From the sequence record OQ108497.1: 64,000 bases of DNA; one strand, given 5' to 3'. The stretch comes from Escherichia phage EC_OE_11. The position numbers and the translations under genes were made by a program. Under the pieces are notes generated by a model, which was not told where the DNA came from, did not search any database, and was given only the letters and a program-made list of their open reading frames with translations. Positions 36,900-45,849 of this stretch are shown here, piece by piece (positions within the stretch are counted from its first letter, which is position 1; every line of letters begins with the position of its first letter).

Positions 36900-37172
36900 A
36901 TGGCATCATATAGCGCATCAATGATCGTAACGGGCATGACTGGTAAACCTATGCGCGGTGGCGGATCTTTCGCTAACATCAATATTGATGGGCGTTTATC
37001 CCTGGATGCAGCGATCACCGTGGCACGGGAAACATTTAAAAAAGAATGTAATTTCAATAAACAAGATTATCTCGGCTTCGTTATTGAAAAAACCGCGCGC
37101 TTTGTTGATTATAAAAGCCCGAAAATGATCGACACTACACTAAAAGCGCAAGATGTAGCATTTTTGCTTTAA
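36900..37172 (+). CDS. hypothetical protein
   Basis: 90 aa. Confidence 0.55.
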   Translation: MASYSASMIVTGMTGKPMRGGGSFANINIDGRLSLDAAITVARETFKKECNFNKQDYLGFVIEKTARFVDYKSPKMIDTTLKAQDVAFLL

Positions 37173-37175
37173 GGC

Positions 37176-37235
37176 TTGACACTGAAAAATAATTTAGTAA
37201 TATATACCACATAGGGCGGGAAATGGTTTCCCGCC
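37176..37235 (+). promoter_or_regulatory. promoter + stem-loop cassette (type A: GGGCGGGaaatggtttCCCGCC)
   Basis: TTGACA-16nt-TAATAT then 22-nt hairpin. Confidence 0.6.
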
Positions 37236-37257
37236 AAATCAAAGAAAGGGTAACACA

Positions 37258-37620
37258 ATGAGCAAGCAAATCAATACTATCATGTTAAACCTGGTATCTT
37301 TCCGCGATGACGTGAAAAATCTTTCGCGTGATGCAGTGGATGCACGGATCGAAAGCTATCGCACACAGATCGCGACATTACCGTTAAAACGTGATCAACA
37401 TGCCGCTAATATGATGCTTGATGCTATGATTAAAAAGATGATTCAATGTGATCTTACCCTGGCTTATGAATATGCTGGCGATCTTTTTGTAACGTATAAT
37501 AAACCCGTTCCAGGTATGAGCACCACGGAAGAATTGCATGCCTTAAATCTGCGACAAGATGCATGGGATAACATGCGCCGTGTTATGGTATGGGTAGAAA
37601 GCGGTAAAATTTACGAATAA
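37258..37620 (+). CDS. hypothetical protein
   Basis: 120 aa. Confidence 0.55.
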   Translation: MSKQINTIMLNLVSFRDDVKNLSRDAVDARIESYRTQIATLPLKRDQHAANMMLDAMIKKMIQCDLTLAYEYAGDLFVTYNKPVPGMSTTEELHALNLRQDAWDNMRRVMVWVESGKIYE

Positions 37621-37626
37621 AAACGG

Positions 37627-37680
37627 TTGACATTGCACGAAAACCTGATAAGCTATCTTAAAGCGGGAATTGTTCCCGCT
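37627..37680 (+). promoter_or_regulatory. promoter + stem-loop cassette (variant AGCGGGaattgttCCCGCT)
   Basis: TTGACA-16nt-TAAGCT then hairpin. Confidence 0.55.
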
Positions 37681-37698
37681 TACATAGGATAAAACTTT

Positions 37699-37845
37699 AT
37701 GAAACAATATGTAATGAGTATCCACACCAAAAACGGCGCTACTGTTACGACTCCGGCACGGTTTGCACTTGTAAACCGTTGCAAGAGACTAAAACGAGAG
37801 TTAAAAAATAACCGTGCAACGGGCTTTAAACGCTGGGGAGGATAA
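37699..37845 (+). CDS. small basic protein (48 aa), not in ORF track
   Basis: ATG 37699 downstream of cassette. Confidence 0.45.
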   Translation: MKQYVMSIHTKNGATVTTPARFALVNRCKRLKRELKNNRATGFKRWGG

Positions 37846-37847
37846 TC

Positions 37848-38108
37848 TTGTTTTTTCTAAAAGTTTGTGATAATGTGATCGCTTTTGAACATGCTACAAC
37901 GTTCGACCTGGCGAGATACGCTATCAGGTTTAAAGATAATGTTTATCCCCGTGCTGGCGGCGGTTACACTATTTTTAATCACCGTAACGCTCAATTAACG
38001 GATATAACTAATCCAGATCCTGGAGTGTATCGCATAGGCTGGCTACCGTCAAAAGACGCTGCAAGCATGTTTAAGGTGTGCAAACTACTAACAGAAGAGG
38101 CGAACTAA
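37848..38108 (+). CDS. hypothetical protein (TTG start as in ORF track; GTG at 37875 alternative)
   Basis: GGAGG SD 7 nt upstream of TTG. Confidence 0.45.
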   Translation: MFFLKVCDNVIAFEHATTFDLARYAIRFKDNVYPRAGGGYTIFNHRNAQLTDITNPDPGVYRIGWLPSKDAASMFKVCKLLTEEAN

Positions 38109-38109
38109 C

Positions 38110-38664
38110 ATGGGGCGTGAATATGTGATCCAGTCCTGGGTAAAGCATGATGCTAATGATCCGCGCATAATACCAGATGACATGATCGATCACATGGTAG
38201 GGTATAGCGGGGAGCAGATAGGAAATCGAGCGGCAAAGAGCAACGGCAACACCAGGACGCGATCCGTTCGCCCTGGATGGCTGGCGAATGGTAACGCTGA
38301 CATTGCAAGCGCCGCAGATCCAAGCGATGACGCTAAAAATAATCCCTTATACAGCATTGATCCGGCTTTTAAGGTGTTAGAAGAGTATCCCGCTAAATTA
38401 GCCGCACTAGATAAGGCATACGAAGAAAAGCGCATGGCATGGACTGTATACAACACCGCTAAAATGGTGCTAGATGCAAAATTGATTAAAGCCCAGGAGA
38501 AGATCAATAAACTTGTTACCATAGCGCAAGAGGAAGACCAGGACTACCAGGAGGAAGCGGAAGAAATCATGCCTACTCTGGAAGAGGAAGAGATCCAGCC
38601 ATACATGCCGACGGAAGAGGAAAAAAGACAAGCCCTAAAAAATTATGAAAATTGCATTGTGTAA
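38110..38664 (+). CDS. hypothetical protein with acidic C-terminal tail
   Basis: 184 aa, coupled. Confidence 0.55.
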   Translation: MGREYVIQSWVKHDANDPRIIPDDMIDHMVGYSGEQIGNRAAKSNGNTRTRSVRPGWLANGNADIASAADPSDDAKNNPLYSIDPAFKVLEEYPAKLAALDKAYEEKRMAWTVYNTAKMVLDAKLIKAQEKINKLVTIAQEEDQDYQEEAEEIMPTLEEEEIQPYMPTEEEKRQALKNYENCIV

Positions 38665-38667
38665 GGC

Positions 38668-38724
38668 TTGACATAGGCAAACAAGCCCCGTAATATGTAC
38701 CACATAAAGCGGGGCAACGCCCCA
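38668..38724 (+). promoter_or_regulatory. promoter + stem-loop cassette (variant)
   Basis: TTGACA-17nt-TAATAT then GGGGC-aac-GCCCC hairpin. Confidence 0.5.
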
Positions 38725-38745
38725 TAAGGTGAAATAAAAAATCAC

Positions 38746-38773
38746 TTGACACCTGAAATCAGTAAGCTATAAT
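38746..38773 (+). promoter_or_regulatory. sigma70-like promoter (no stem-loop)
   Basis: TTGACA-16nt-TATAAT. Confidence 0.55.
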
Positions 38774-38810
38774 GCTTATATAGATTGAAACATTACTAAG
38801 GAATAAAAGC

Positions 38811-38990
38811 ATGGCTATTATTGCAAAGACTGAGATCGTAGGTTTAGATTCTATCATCCTGGCATATGAGGAAGCTATAGAAATGTATGTGGTTTCCTAT
38901 GGTGATTATATCCGTGAATATAAATCTATTGATCTAGCTTTTGAATGCTATATTCGCCAGGTCAATAAAGCATATGATGATTATCGTTAA
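38811..38990 (+). CDS. small hypothetical protein (59 aa), not in ORF track
   Basis: ATG 38811 downstream of tandem promoters. Confidence 0.45.
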   Translation: MAIIAKTEIVGLDSIILAYEEAIEMYVVSYGDYIREYKSIDLAFECYIRQVNKAYDDYR

Positions 38991-39009
38991 AAGTTTTAGT
39001 CTTGTGCTA

Positions 39010-39038
39010 TTGACAACGAACGATAGTACAAGCATAAT
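39010..39038 (+). promoter_or_regulatory. sigma70-like promoter
   Basis: TTGACA-17nt-CATAAT. Confidence 0.5.
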
Positions 39039-39085
39039 AACTTTTATCGGGAATACTCCTAACTAATCAAAAGAGATTAAAGACT

Positions 39086-39451
39086 ATGGCTAAAAATATC
39101 AATGTTTCTGCTTATGCTACCCTGGCTAACACTGCTAAAATTGAACTATCCAGCATTGAAGCGGTACATATTAGCGCCCGTCGCTGGTTTCAAAAGTCTT
39201 ATGGTAATACTTATTTCTCTTTGATGGTTGACGTTGAGATCGGCGGTAAACTGATCGAAGTAGTTAACGTTCCGTTTCAATATGGTTATGGGGATCATTT
39301 TGATACCGTTGCCCTAGAAGAGTTTAGCAAGGTTATCAACCTGGAAGGTAAAGACTTTTCAAATTATGCTTACCTTTCCCGCTTTTGCCGTGATAATGGG
39401 ATCGCTGTATACAGTCATGCAAGCGATGTAAAACGTAAAAAAGATTTATAA
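39086..39451 (+). CDS. hypothetical protein
   Basis: 121 aa. Confidence 0.55.
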   Translation: MAKNINVSAYATLANTAKIELSSIEAVHISARRWFQKSYGNTYFSLMVDVEIGGKLIEVVNVPFQYGYGDHFDTVALEEFSKVINLEGKDFSNYAYLSRFCRDNGIAVYSHASDVKRKKDL

Positions 39452-39457
39452 AAAGCA

Positions 39458-39517
39458 TTGACAGCACGAATAAAAAGCATATAATACTTATATCGAGAGC
39501 GGGAATAGTTCCCGCCT
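39458..39517 (+). promoter_or_regulatory. promoter + stem-loop cassette (variant AGCGGGaatagttCCCGCC)
   Basis: TTGACA-16nt-TATAAT then hairpin. Confidence 0.6.
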
Positions 39518-39539
39518 CACTGAAAAAGAGATTAACATC

Positions 39540-39779
39540 ATGGCTAAATCTAAAATGTACAACGGTCACAAAAATAAAACTCATTGGAATGTAAGCCTTT
39601 GGATTAATAATGATGAATCGTTATACTTATACGCTGTAGGTTTAATAAATGAGTGCGGCAATAAAGATAAAGCGGCGGATCTGATGTGCTACAGATTAAA
39701 ACAGGATGGAATCACTCATACACCTGATGGTTTCAAGTATAGTAAAACTGCAATCCGTGCCGCTATGGTAGGAATGTAA
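39540..39779 (+). CDS. hypothetical protein
   Basis: 79 aa. Confidence 0.55.
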   Translation: MAKSKMYNGHKNKTHWNVSLWINNDESLYLYAVGLINECGNKDKAADLMCYRLKQDGITHTPDGFKYSKTAIRAAMVGM

Positions 39780-39788
39780 TAAAAGCAG

Positions 39789-39848
39789 TTGACAACGTTT
39801 TTTAATCTGGTATAGTTTATCGCATAGGGCGGGAAATGGTTTCCCGCC
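39789..39848 (+). promoter_or_regulatory. promoter + stem-loop cassette (type A)
   Basis: TTGACA-16nt-TATAGT then GGGCGGGaaatggtttCCCGCC. Confidence 0.6.
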
Positions 39849-39870
39849 AAATCAAAGAAAGGTTATCATT

Positions 39871-40098
39871 ATGGCTATCGTTATTGTTCGCGTATCCGGC
39901 ACGGTTGGAATCTCCCAGGTAGTAGCAGTTATCACCGAGAAGAAAGGGGATGATCTTCACTCCTCATTGAATAGCTGGGCGGTCGCTAACTTTGGGCAAT
40001 GGTCGAGCGTTGAGTACATCGAATCCTACCAGGTGCCAACGATTAGCCTGACCGATCTCAACGTTGATCGTCTGTTATGCCTGGATCAATTAAACTAA
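39871..40098 (+). CDS. hypothetical protein
   Basis: 75 aa. Confidence 0.55.
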   Translation: MAIVIVRVSGTVGISQVVAVITEKKGDDLHSSLNSWAVANFGQWSSVEYIESYQVPTISLTDLNVDRLLCLDQLN

Positions 40099-40106
40099 AA
40101 ATAATA

Positions 40107-40164
40107 TTGACAAGACAACTAAAATTAGTAAAATGTAATTCATAGGGCGGCAATAGTGCCGCCC
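40107..40164 (+). promoter_or_regulatory. promoter + stem-loop cassette (type B)
   Basis: TTGACA-16nt-TAAAAT then GGGCGGC-aatagt-GCCGCCC. Confidence 0.6.
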
Positions 40165-40185
40165 CTAGTAAGAGAGATTATCAAA

Positions 40186-40401
40186 ATGGCTAATATCCGC
40201 ACCTTGTTAAAAAATGCAAAGCAAGTTTTATTTTCAGATGACGAGTATTTCAACAAAGACATTACAGGCGTGAAAAATTTAAAAGACGTGAAGGATGTTA
40301 TCGGTATCCGTGGATCTTTACGTAAAGGTGACATATACGGTAACAAGGTGCAATATAAACTGTCAAAAGATTATGATTTTACTTTGACAATTATTTCATA
40401 A
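40186..40401 (+). CDS. hypothetical protein (71 aa)
   Basis: Start moved to ATG 40186 (MANIRTLL). Confidence 0.5.
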   Translation: MANIRTLLKNAKQVLFSDDEYFNKDITGVKNLKDVKDVIGIRGSLRKGDIYGNKVQYKLSKDYDFTLTIIS

Positions 40402-40407
40402 AACTAC

Positions 40408-40470
40408 TTGTAAACCTGGTAAAATAAAGTAAACTATATTCATCAAGGCGGTGGAATAGCCCACCGCCTA
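40408..40470 (+). promoter_or_regulatory. promoter-like + stem-loop cassette (variant GGCGGTGGaatagCCCACCGCC)
   Basis: TTGTAA -35-like, long hairpin, then SD and ATG 40493. Confidence 0.45.
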
Positions 40471-40492
40471 ACAAAGAGAAGAGGAAAATATC

Positions 40493-40663
40493 ATGATCAC
40501 TTTCGCTACCCGTGAAGCCGCTCGCAACGTTGCACGTAAAGTTAACGCCGCAAACCTGGGCGCTACGCTTAAAGCCCCGGTGAAAGATGAATCAGGAAAA
40601 TGGATCTTTCCTGGTCTGCGTCACGCTGATAAGCTGGGAACATTAACGTTAAAAAATAAATAA
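40493..40663 (+). CDS. small hypothetical protein (56 aa), not in ORF track
   Basis: ATG 40493 with GAGGAAAA SD-like. Confidence 0.45.
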   Translation: MITFATREAARNVARKVNAANLGATLKAPVKDESGKWIFPGLRHADKLGTLTLKNK

Positions 40664-40670
40664 TATCCGC

Positions 40671-40729
40671 TTGACAGTAGCATCATTTATAAGTAAAGTA
40701 ACAACAACGGCGGGAAATGGTTTCCCGCC
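40671..40729 (+). promoter_or_regulatory. promoter + stem-loop cassette (type A)
   Basis: TTGACA, -10-like, GGCGGGaaatggtttCCCGCC. Confidence 0.55.
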
Positions 40730-40749
40730 ATCAATAAAGAGATAAGATT

Positions 40750-41109
40750 ATGAAATCAGTAAAAGCAATTAAAACTTACATTGTGTCGGCTATTTCTTTT
40801 GATGGTACTACAACCGAAAAAGAAAAAATCACCGAACTGATGCGCCGTTTTAACTCTGAATACTGGTATCAATCTAATCGTGATCGTTATAATAACAATA
40901 TGGTACAAGCTGTTAAAAGCTGGTTGCAAGGTTTACCGTCAGATATCAATATCGCTTTTAATTATAACGAGATCGATCAATTATTAATTGAATGGAAGTA
41001 CATAAAAGAAACAAGCAAAGAAACAACCGTTACCCGTGAGCGGGAAAATTATTGGTTATATATTGCAAGCATGATCGTAACTTTGGCAAAATATCATAAC
41101 GTAGCGTAA
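40750..41109 (+). CDS. hypothetical protein
   Basis: 119 aa. Confidence 0.55.
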   Translation: MKSVKAIKTYIVSAISFDGTTTEKEKITELMRRFNSEYWYQSNRDRYNNNMVQAVKSWLQGLPSDINIAFNYNEIDQLLIEWKYIKETSKETTVTRERENYWLYIASMIVTLAKYHNVA

Positions 41110-41123
41110 TCGAGAGGAAAAAC

Positions 41124-41261
41124 ATGAACGCATCACAGCAGATCGAAAAATTCAACCGCAACAAAGCGCGTAAAGATTGGAACGAAGAGATCACCAAGAA
41201 AGGCGACAAGCGGAACAAAACAAAGAGAGATCGCAGCAGCAAAAGATACTGGAACGAATAA
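41124..41261 (+). CDS. small basic protein (45 aa), not in ORF track
   Basis: ATG 41124 with GAGAGG SD; K/R-rich. Confidence 0.4.
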   Translation: MNASQQIEKFNRNKARKDWNEEITKKGDKRNKTKRDRSSKRYWNE

Positions 41262-41263
41262 CA

Positions 41264-41290
41264 AAAAAGGGCGCAATAAGCGCCCTTTTA
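41264..41290 (+). terminator. intrinsic terminator
   Basis: GGGCGC-aataa-GCGCCC + TTTT. Confidence 0.75.
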
Positions 41291-41379
41291 GCTTATATAG
41301 GGGCTTGTTAGTTATAGGCAATGGTAACGCCAGGATAAGCCTATAAACCACGTTAGACAGCTTTACAGGAGCTTTAAAA

Positions 41380-41562
41380 ATGAAATTAGACGAAATAAGC
41401 AAGGCACTAGCCCAGGGGCAAAGGTTATGCGCCCGATATCGTGATCAATATGGCTTTATAACTAGCGGCGTGATCCTGGGGATTGAAGACAATAAAATTT
41501 TTATTGACACGTGGAAAAACGTTGTATATAGTGACAATATAATCTCAATAAAACATATATGA
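41380..41562 (+). CDS. hypothetical protein
   Basis: 60 aa. Confidence 0.5.
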   Translation: MKLDEISKALAQGQRLCARYRDQYGFITSGVILGIEDNKIFIDTWKNVVYSDNIISIKHI

Positions 41563-41570
41563 GGCAAGAA

Positions 41571-41972
41571 ATGAAAAAATTATTGATCGCTGGTTTACTC
41601 TCTTTTGGTATGGTTGGAACATCTAGCGCGGCGATATCCTCCACAGTAGCAGAATTAAGCGCCGTTGATGCAATGGAAAACGTCATGATCATTAATAATG
41701 CGATCCCCGATGAAATCATGGAGGATTCACACATGATCGCTTATGGTGCTATTACACAACTGACGGCAAAAATAGATAAATCTATTGTTAATGGCTTAAA
41801 TGAAGATGTACCATGCGAAATTATTACCAGTGTGCTCACTACTCAAAATTTTACGCCGTGGTTAAAAAGTATTCAAAAAGTACACAGTACAGCCGCAGAT
41901 CGTAGCAATGAAAAACTAGTGTCAGCACTTGCAACGTATACCCTAGCAAAATGTACTGAAATAAAAGATTGA
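41571..41972 (+). CDS. secreted protein (signal peptide)
   Basis: MKKLLIAGLLSFGMVGTSSA signal; start at 41571 with GAGG SD (ORF-track start 41559 also possible). Confidence 0.5.
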   Translation: MKKLLIAGLLSFGMVGTSSAAISSTVAELSAVDAMENVMIINNAIPDEIMEDSHMIAYGAITQLTAKIDKSIVNGLNEDVPCEIITSVLTTQNFTPWLKSIQKVHSTAADRSNEKLVSALATYTLAKCTEIKD

Positions 41973-42019
41973 CAACATAGAAAGCACGTTATAAGATACA
42001 CACAACAAAGGAGAACTAC

Positions 42020-42322
42020 ATGAACGGCATAGCTAAAACGTTTTTTCTTTTTTCTGGTGTAAATGATCCATCAATAAAAGTCGATAGCGTAAAAGAAAAC
42101 AATACTATCACCGCTAAATTATTTCAAGATGAAACAAATAACGTGCTAATCATTAATCTTAAAGAAATAACAAAAGGTTATTATACTATTGCTTACCATG
42201 CGATCTATAATGCTGATACTAGTGAGGAAGTGCAAACAAGCAACAACGAAAGCGCGGCGCTACCTGGTGATCTGGTGCTGGGCGTTATCAGTTTAATTGT
42301 CAATGATTTTTTTAAGGAGTAA
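42020..42322 (+). CDS. hypothetical protein
   Basis: 100 aa. Confidence 0.5.
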   Translation: MNGIAKTFFLFSGVNDPSIKVDSVKENNTITAKLFQDETNNVLIINLKEITKGYYTIAYHAIYNADTSEEVQTSNNESAALPGDLVLGVISLIVNDFFKE

Positions 42323-42326
42323 AACC

Positions 42327-42422
42327 ATGCCCTATTTACATTTATTTTTCGGTATCTTATTGACAGGATCTTTTTTCTTCTGTATGCTTGTTTCTATTGT
42401 AAACCACGTTTTAAGACATTAA
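42327..42422 (+). CDS. tiny membrane peptide (31 aa), speculative
   Basis: AAGGAG SD 7 nt upstream of ATG 42327. Confidence 0.35.
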   Translation: MPYLHLFFGILLTGSFFFCMLVSIVNHVLRH

Positions 42423-42431
42423 GGAAACAGC

Positions 42432-42551
42432 ATGAAAATTATTCCCGTACAGTATAGCGTAATAAATCCAGCATATGAGGAAGGAAGGAAAACAAGCATG
42501 GCTTTATGTTGTATTGCTACTATAACCATGTTGTTATACATTGTGTTTTAA
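42432..42551 (+). CDS. small membrane peptide (39 aa), speculative
   Basis: ATG 42432; hydrophobic C-terminus. Confidence 0.25.
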   Translation: MKIIPVQYSVINPAYEEGRKTSMALCCIATITMLLYIVF

Positions 42552-42580
42552 TAGGTTTTATAGTTGTACGCTTTAAAGGC

Positions 42581-42608
42581 TTGACAATTTTTTGTTATGC
42601 TTTAAAAT
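42581..42608 (+). promoter_or_regulatory. sigma70-like promoter
   Basis: TTGACA-16nt-TAAAAT. Confidence 0.5.
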
Positions 42609-42651
42609 ATATCTTGAAAACGGCAAAGGCCGCAAACAAAAGGGTAAAATT

Positions 42652-42975
42652 ATGAAATCTGTGATCGGTGTTTATTTGGATAACTCTGATTTTTTCTATC
42701 ATCGCGCTCGTTTCCTTGATGCGATTGAAATGATAGAATCAGGCTTTAAAGAGTATCGCCTTGCACATGATGACCTGGAAGCATTACAGGACAATAGTGT
42801 TTTTACATTGCAAGCTAAAGCACTATGCAAAAGCCGGATCGACATTGCAAGCAAAAAGATAGAACGCGGCATGTCCTGGTTGCGCACCGCAGAAATCAAC
42901 ATGGGGCAATGGTACGGCGAAAACTTAGAAAATAAACACACTTTTGTAAATGTAGAAAATATTAAAGATTATTGA
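42652..42975 (+). CDS. hypothetical protein (107 aa)
   Basis: Start moved to ATG 42652 downstream of promoter. Confidence 0.5.
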   Translation: MKSVIGVYLDNSDFFYHRARFLDAIEMIESGFKEYRLAHDDLEALQDNSVFTLQAKALCKSRIDIASKKIERGMSWLRTAEINMGQWYGENLENKHTFVNVENIKDY

Positions 42976-43037
42976 TTGACAGCACACCTGATAAGTAATA
43001 TATTGTATCTCATAGAGCGGGGAAATGGTTTCCCCGC
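42976..43037 (+). promoter_or_regulatory. promoter + stem-loop cassette (type A variant)
   Basis: TTGACA, TAATAT-like -10, AGCGGGGaaatggtttCCCCGCC. Confidence 0.55.
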
Positions 43038-43057
43038 CTTAACAGAAGAGATAAGAT

Positions 43058-43342
43058 ATGAAGATCACAAAAGCACTTTCCAACTATGCAGCACGTCGCG
43101 GCTTATGTTTAACCGTTGAAAACCTGGGGAAAGAAGATTTTTTGTGCTTTTGGGAGCTTGAGAATGATAATGAGTGGATCTTCTCTTATTCTATCTGCGA
43201 AGATCAAAACGGTTGTTTATTAACCTGGCGCGGTAATATCTATTTACCGCAAGAAATCAAAGAGGAACTACCAGGCACGATCATGACTGAGAAACAGCTT
43301 AAGGAAGTGATCAATTTTGTAGGGCAAAACATTAAAAAATAA
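43058..43342 (+). CDS. hypothetical protein
   Basis: 94 aa. Confidence 0.55.
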   Translation: MKITKALSNYAARRGLCLTVENLGKEDFLCFWELENDNEWIFSYSICEDQNGCLLTWRGNIYLPQEIKEELPGTIMTEKQLKEVINFVGQNIKK

Positions 43343-43343
43343 T

Positions 43344-43404
43344 TTGACACTAGGCAAACAACGTAGTAAAGTTTATCACATAGGGCGGGAAATGGTTTCC
43401 CGCT
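43344..43404 (+). promoter_or_regulatory. promoter + stem-loop cassette (type A)
   Basis: TTGACA then GGGCGGGaaatggtttCCCGCT. Confidence 0.55.
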
Positions 43405-43426
43405 CACAGTAGAAGAGAAACAAATC

Positions 43427-43597
43427 ATGATCCCAACTATGTTTTATGTATCGCGCAAAGGTCACAATATTTTTTGGTCTGAAGATTTAAATGAAGCCAT
43501 GACGTTTGCCCGTGATCGTGTTGCTATTGGTGGCGTTAATATCACTGTAACCGATGAAAATGGCATTGAATACTATAACGGCGACGATGAAGAGTAA
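43427..43597 (+). CDS. small hypothetical protein (56 aa), not in ORF track
   Basis: ATG 43427 downstream of cassette. Confidence 0.45.
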   Translation: MIPTMFYVSRKGHNIFWSEDLNEAMTFARDRVAIGGVNITVTDENGIEYYNGDDEE

Positions 43598-43604
43598 TTA
43601 ATGA

Positions 43605-43630
43605 GGCGGGGGGAGTATTCCCCGCCGTCA
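43605..43630 (+). promoter_or_regulatory. orphan GC stem-loop without obvious promoter
   Basis: GGCGGGGGG-agtatt-CCCCGCC between coupled genes. Confidence 0.4.
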
Positions 43631-43645
43631 ATAAAGAGATAAATC

Positions 43646-43915
43646 ATGAAAATATCATTAGACGTTGCAATCAAGGCCATCGAATCCGGTTACATCCTGG
43701 TAAAAGATGATAAGGCTAAAACCGTGCACCACGTTAACAAGGAAACAGGCGAAAGCATGATCACATATAAAGCCGCCTACTTTCTCCAATCAGTAGCAGA
43801 TCCGCGCGTACAACGCCAGGTTACAGCGGCTATTGCTAAAAAATTATGTGCTTTACAGGGCACAAGTTTTAACGAGATCGCCCCGTGTTTTGACTGGTCG
43901 AGCTTGAAAAAATAG
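43646..43915 (+). CDS. hypothetical protein
   Basis: 89 aa. Confidence 0.55.
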   Translation: MKISLDVAIKAIESGYILVKDDKAKTVHHVNKETGESMITYKAAYFLQSVADPRVQRQVTAAIAKKLCALQGTSFNEIAPCFDWSSLKK

Positions 43916-43916
43916 T

Positions 43917-43972
43917 TTGACAACAATTATAAATCGGGTAGAATGTATTTCGTAGGGCGGCAATAGTGCCGC
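43917..43972 (+). promoter_or_regulatory. promoter + stem-loop cassette (type B)
   Basis: TTGACA-16nt-TAGAAT then GGGCGGCaatagtGCCGC. Confidence 0.6.
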
Positions 43973-43995
43973 TCACAACTAAAAGAGAAATCATC

Positions 43996-44190
43996 ATGGC
44001 GCTTAAAAAATTAACAAGCAATACTCGTTGGGATGAAATCGACGGGGAAGTATACATTTTCGCCCGTAAACCAGGTGATCAAAAATGGTCAAAGGCTTTT
44101 ACTTGCCACCCTGCAACAATAGATCTAATAAAAAGTAAAGGTTTACGTGAAGCAGTAGCAAGGAGCTTACTGATCCCTTATAAAAAATAG
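43996..44190 (+). CDS. hypothetical protein (64 aa)
   Basis: Start moved to ATG 43996. Confidence 0.5.
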   Translation: MALKKLTSNTRWDEIDGEVYIFARKPGDQKWSKAFTCHPATIDLIKSKGLREAVARSLLIPYKK

Positions 44191-44191
44191 T

Positions 44192-44250
44192 TTGACAATA
44201 CGCGGTTATCTGGTAAAGTGTACGACATAGGGCGGGGCAATAAGGCAACG
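44192..44250 (+). promoter_or_regulatory. promoter + imperfect stem-loop cassette
   Basis: TTGACA-16nt-TAAAGT then GGGCG...CGCCC. Confidence 0.5.
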
Positions 44251-44271
44251 CCCACTAATGAGGGTAAAATC

Positions 44272-44376
44272 ATGTTAGAGAAAATTTTCACGGTTGTAGT
44301 AGTGGGCCTGGCGTTATCGGTTGGAGTGATTGCAACTATGGCTAACATGATCCTATCTTCCCACGGTATTGGATAA
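44272..44376 (+). CDS. small membrane peptide (34 aa), not in ORF track
   Basis: ATG 44272; single TM helix. Confidence 0.4.
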   Translation: MLEKIFTVVVVGLALSVGVIATMANMILSSHGIG

Positions 44377-44386
44377 GGTGAATCAA

Positions 44387-44602
44387 ATGATCACGAATAA
44401 GACAGGTAAAACAGAATTTTTACGCGGCTTGCAAATAGGTAAACCTGAAATCTGGCATTGCACTAAAACACCACGTGACGAAATGAAAGATTTCACCGCT
44501 ACTTTACAACGTGTTAAAATATCTATCACACAGAAAAAAGCCTTGTTAGTAGTAGAAAACGAGATCCCGCAAACCATTATTATTGTTGAGCGTACAGCAT
44601 GA
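44387..44602 (+). CDS. hypothetical protein (71 aa)
   Basis: ATG 44387 with AAGGTG SD; ORF track used upstream TTG. Confidence 0.5.
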   Translation: MITNKTGKTEFLRGLQIGKPEIWHCTKTPRDEMKDFTATLQRVKISITQKKALLVVENEIPQTIIIVERTA

Positions 44603-44985
44603 AAACAGAAATCATTATTGAAATCATCAACGGTTATAAAGAAGCCTTTATTTTTGCTGAATCCGCCAGGGATCATGAAGGTAATTTTATTGATAACTTA
44701 GACGATTATGATTTTTCAGATCAAGCCCATCAGCGGATTATACGTGACGTGGCGGCGTTTTGTGATGCCAATGATGCCGCTATCTCTGAGGCAATGAGCG
44801 ACGGCGCAACAGCCAACCAGATCGGGAATGATTTACATTTTACCCGTAATAGTCACGGCGTAGGCTTTTGGGATCGCCCTGAAATATACACTACTAACAC
44901 CGCCAACCGCTTAACTAATGCAGCTAAATTGATGCCATCGGTGCATGCTTACATTGGTGAAGATAATTTGATTTATATTGAATAA
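44599..44985 (+). CDS. hypothetical protein
   Basis: 128 aa, ATGA coupling. Confidence 0.55.
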   Translation: MKTEIIIEIINGYKEAFIFAESARDHEGNFIDNLDDYDFSDQAHQRIIRDVAAFCDANDAAISEAMSDGATANQIGNDLHFTRNSHGVGFWDRPEIYTTNTANRLTNAAKLMPSVHAYIGEDNLIYIE

Positions 44986-44991
44986 AAAGTA

Positions 44992-45050
44992 TTGACACCG
45001 ATCCCCAATATGGTATGATTTACCACGTAGGCGGGAAATGGTTTCCCGCC
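44992..45050 (+). promoter_or_regulatory. promoter + stem-loop cassette (type A)
   Basis: TTGACA-16nt-TGGTATGAT (extended -10) then GGCGGGaaatggtttCCCGCC. Confidence 0.6.
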
Positions 45051-45073
45051 AGGTAATCAAAAAGGTAAATACT

Positions 45074-45463
45074 ATGCGCAACCTGGTTTCTGTTTCTAAC
45101 GTTGAAAAATTTCAATCCTTGCAGGGTATCGTTAACAACGTAGCGCCTTTTTTAGTCAATGGCTTGATTGCAAAGATGAAGAATAAACATCATGCGGCAT
45201 GGTCTGCTTACTGCTTTGATAATGATGAAAAAGCGGCTGAAATGATGTTAAATATGCTGTTAGATAGTGTAGAATCATCTTTACCGGAAAACATCGCAGA
45301 AGAGATCACCTATCGTTATAATATGGCGATCACTTACCAGGAAGTGGCGCAATTTAATATGATGGATGATGACGAACAACAGGATCAGGAAATTTTCTGG
45401 GAGTATGCAGATCGTCAATCAGCTTTTGATGAAAAATTAGCGATGTATTATAACGAATATTAA
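45074..45463 (+). CDS. hypothetical protein (129 aa)
   Basis: Start moved to ATG 45074. Confidence 0.5.
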   Translation: MRNLVSVSNVEKFQSLQGIVNNVAPFLVNGLIAKMKNKHHAAWSAYCFDNDEKAAEMMLNMLLDSVESSLPENIAEEITYRYNMAITYQEVAQFNMMDDDEQQDQEIFWEYADRQSAFDEKLAMYYNEY

Positions 45464-45472
45464 TACACGGTA

Positions 45473-45504
45473 AAAGAAAGGGGCGCACTAAGCGCCCTTT
45501 TTTG
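45473..45504 (+). terminator. intrinsic terminator
   Basis: GGGCGC-actaa-GCGCCC + TTTTTT. Confidence 0.8.
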
Positions 45505-45849
45505 TATTCTTTTTTTCACGATGGAAACAACACGTAAAGAATAGGCGTAAAGGTGGCGTAAAACCATCTAAAACCGACTGTAACCGCTTAAACAAGGTAG
45601 GAATGATTAATCACCTTACCAGGATGAAAAAGCTGTTAGAGAGCTATTCAGAGCGTTTAAAGCACATAGGAAATAATTTGCTTTTTATCTTGCCTTTTAT
45701 CCTGCTTTTGATTATTATTATGGAACGGGCGGCACCTGGGGACAGGGGAAGATAATCACCGGAAGATCCCGCTATATATTAATAGCTAATACCTATTAAA
45801 CAACAAAACATCAAAGGTATAAACTATCAAATCTTTACAATTCTACCTA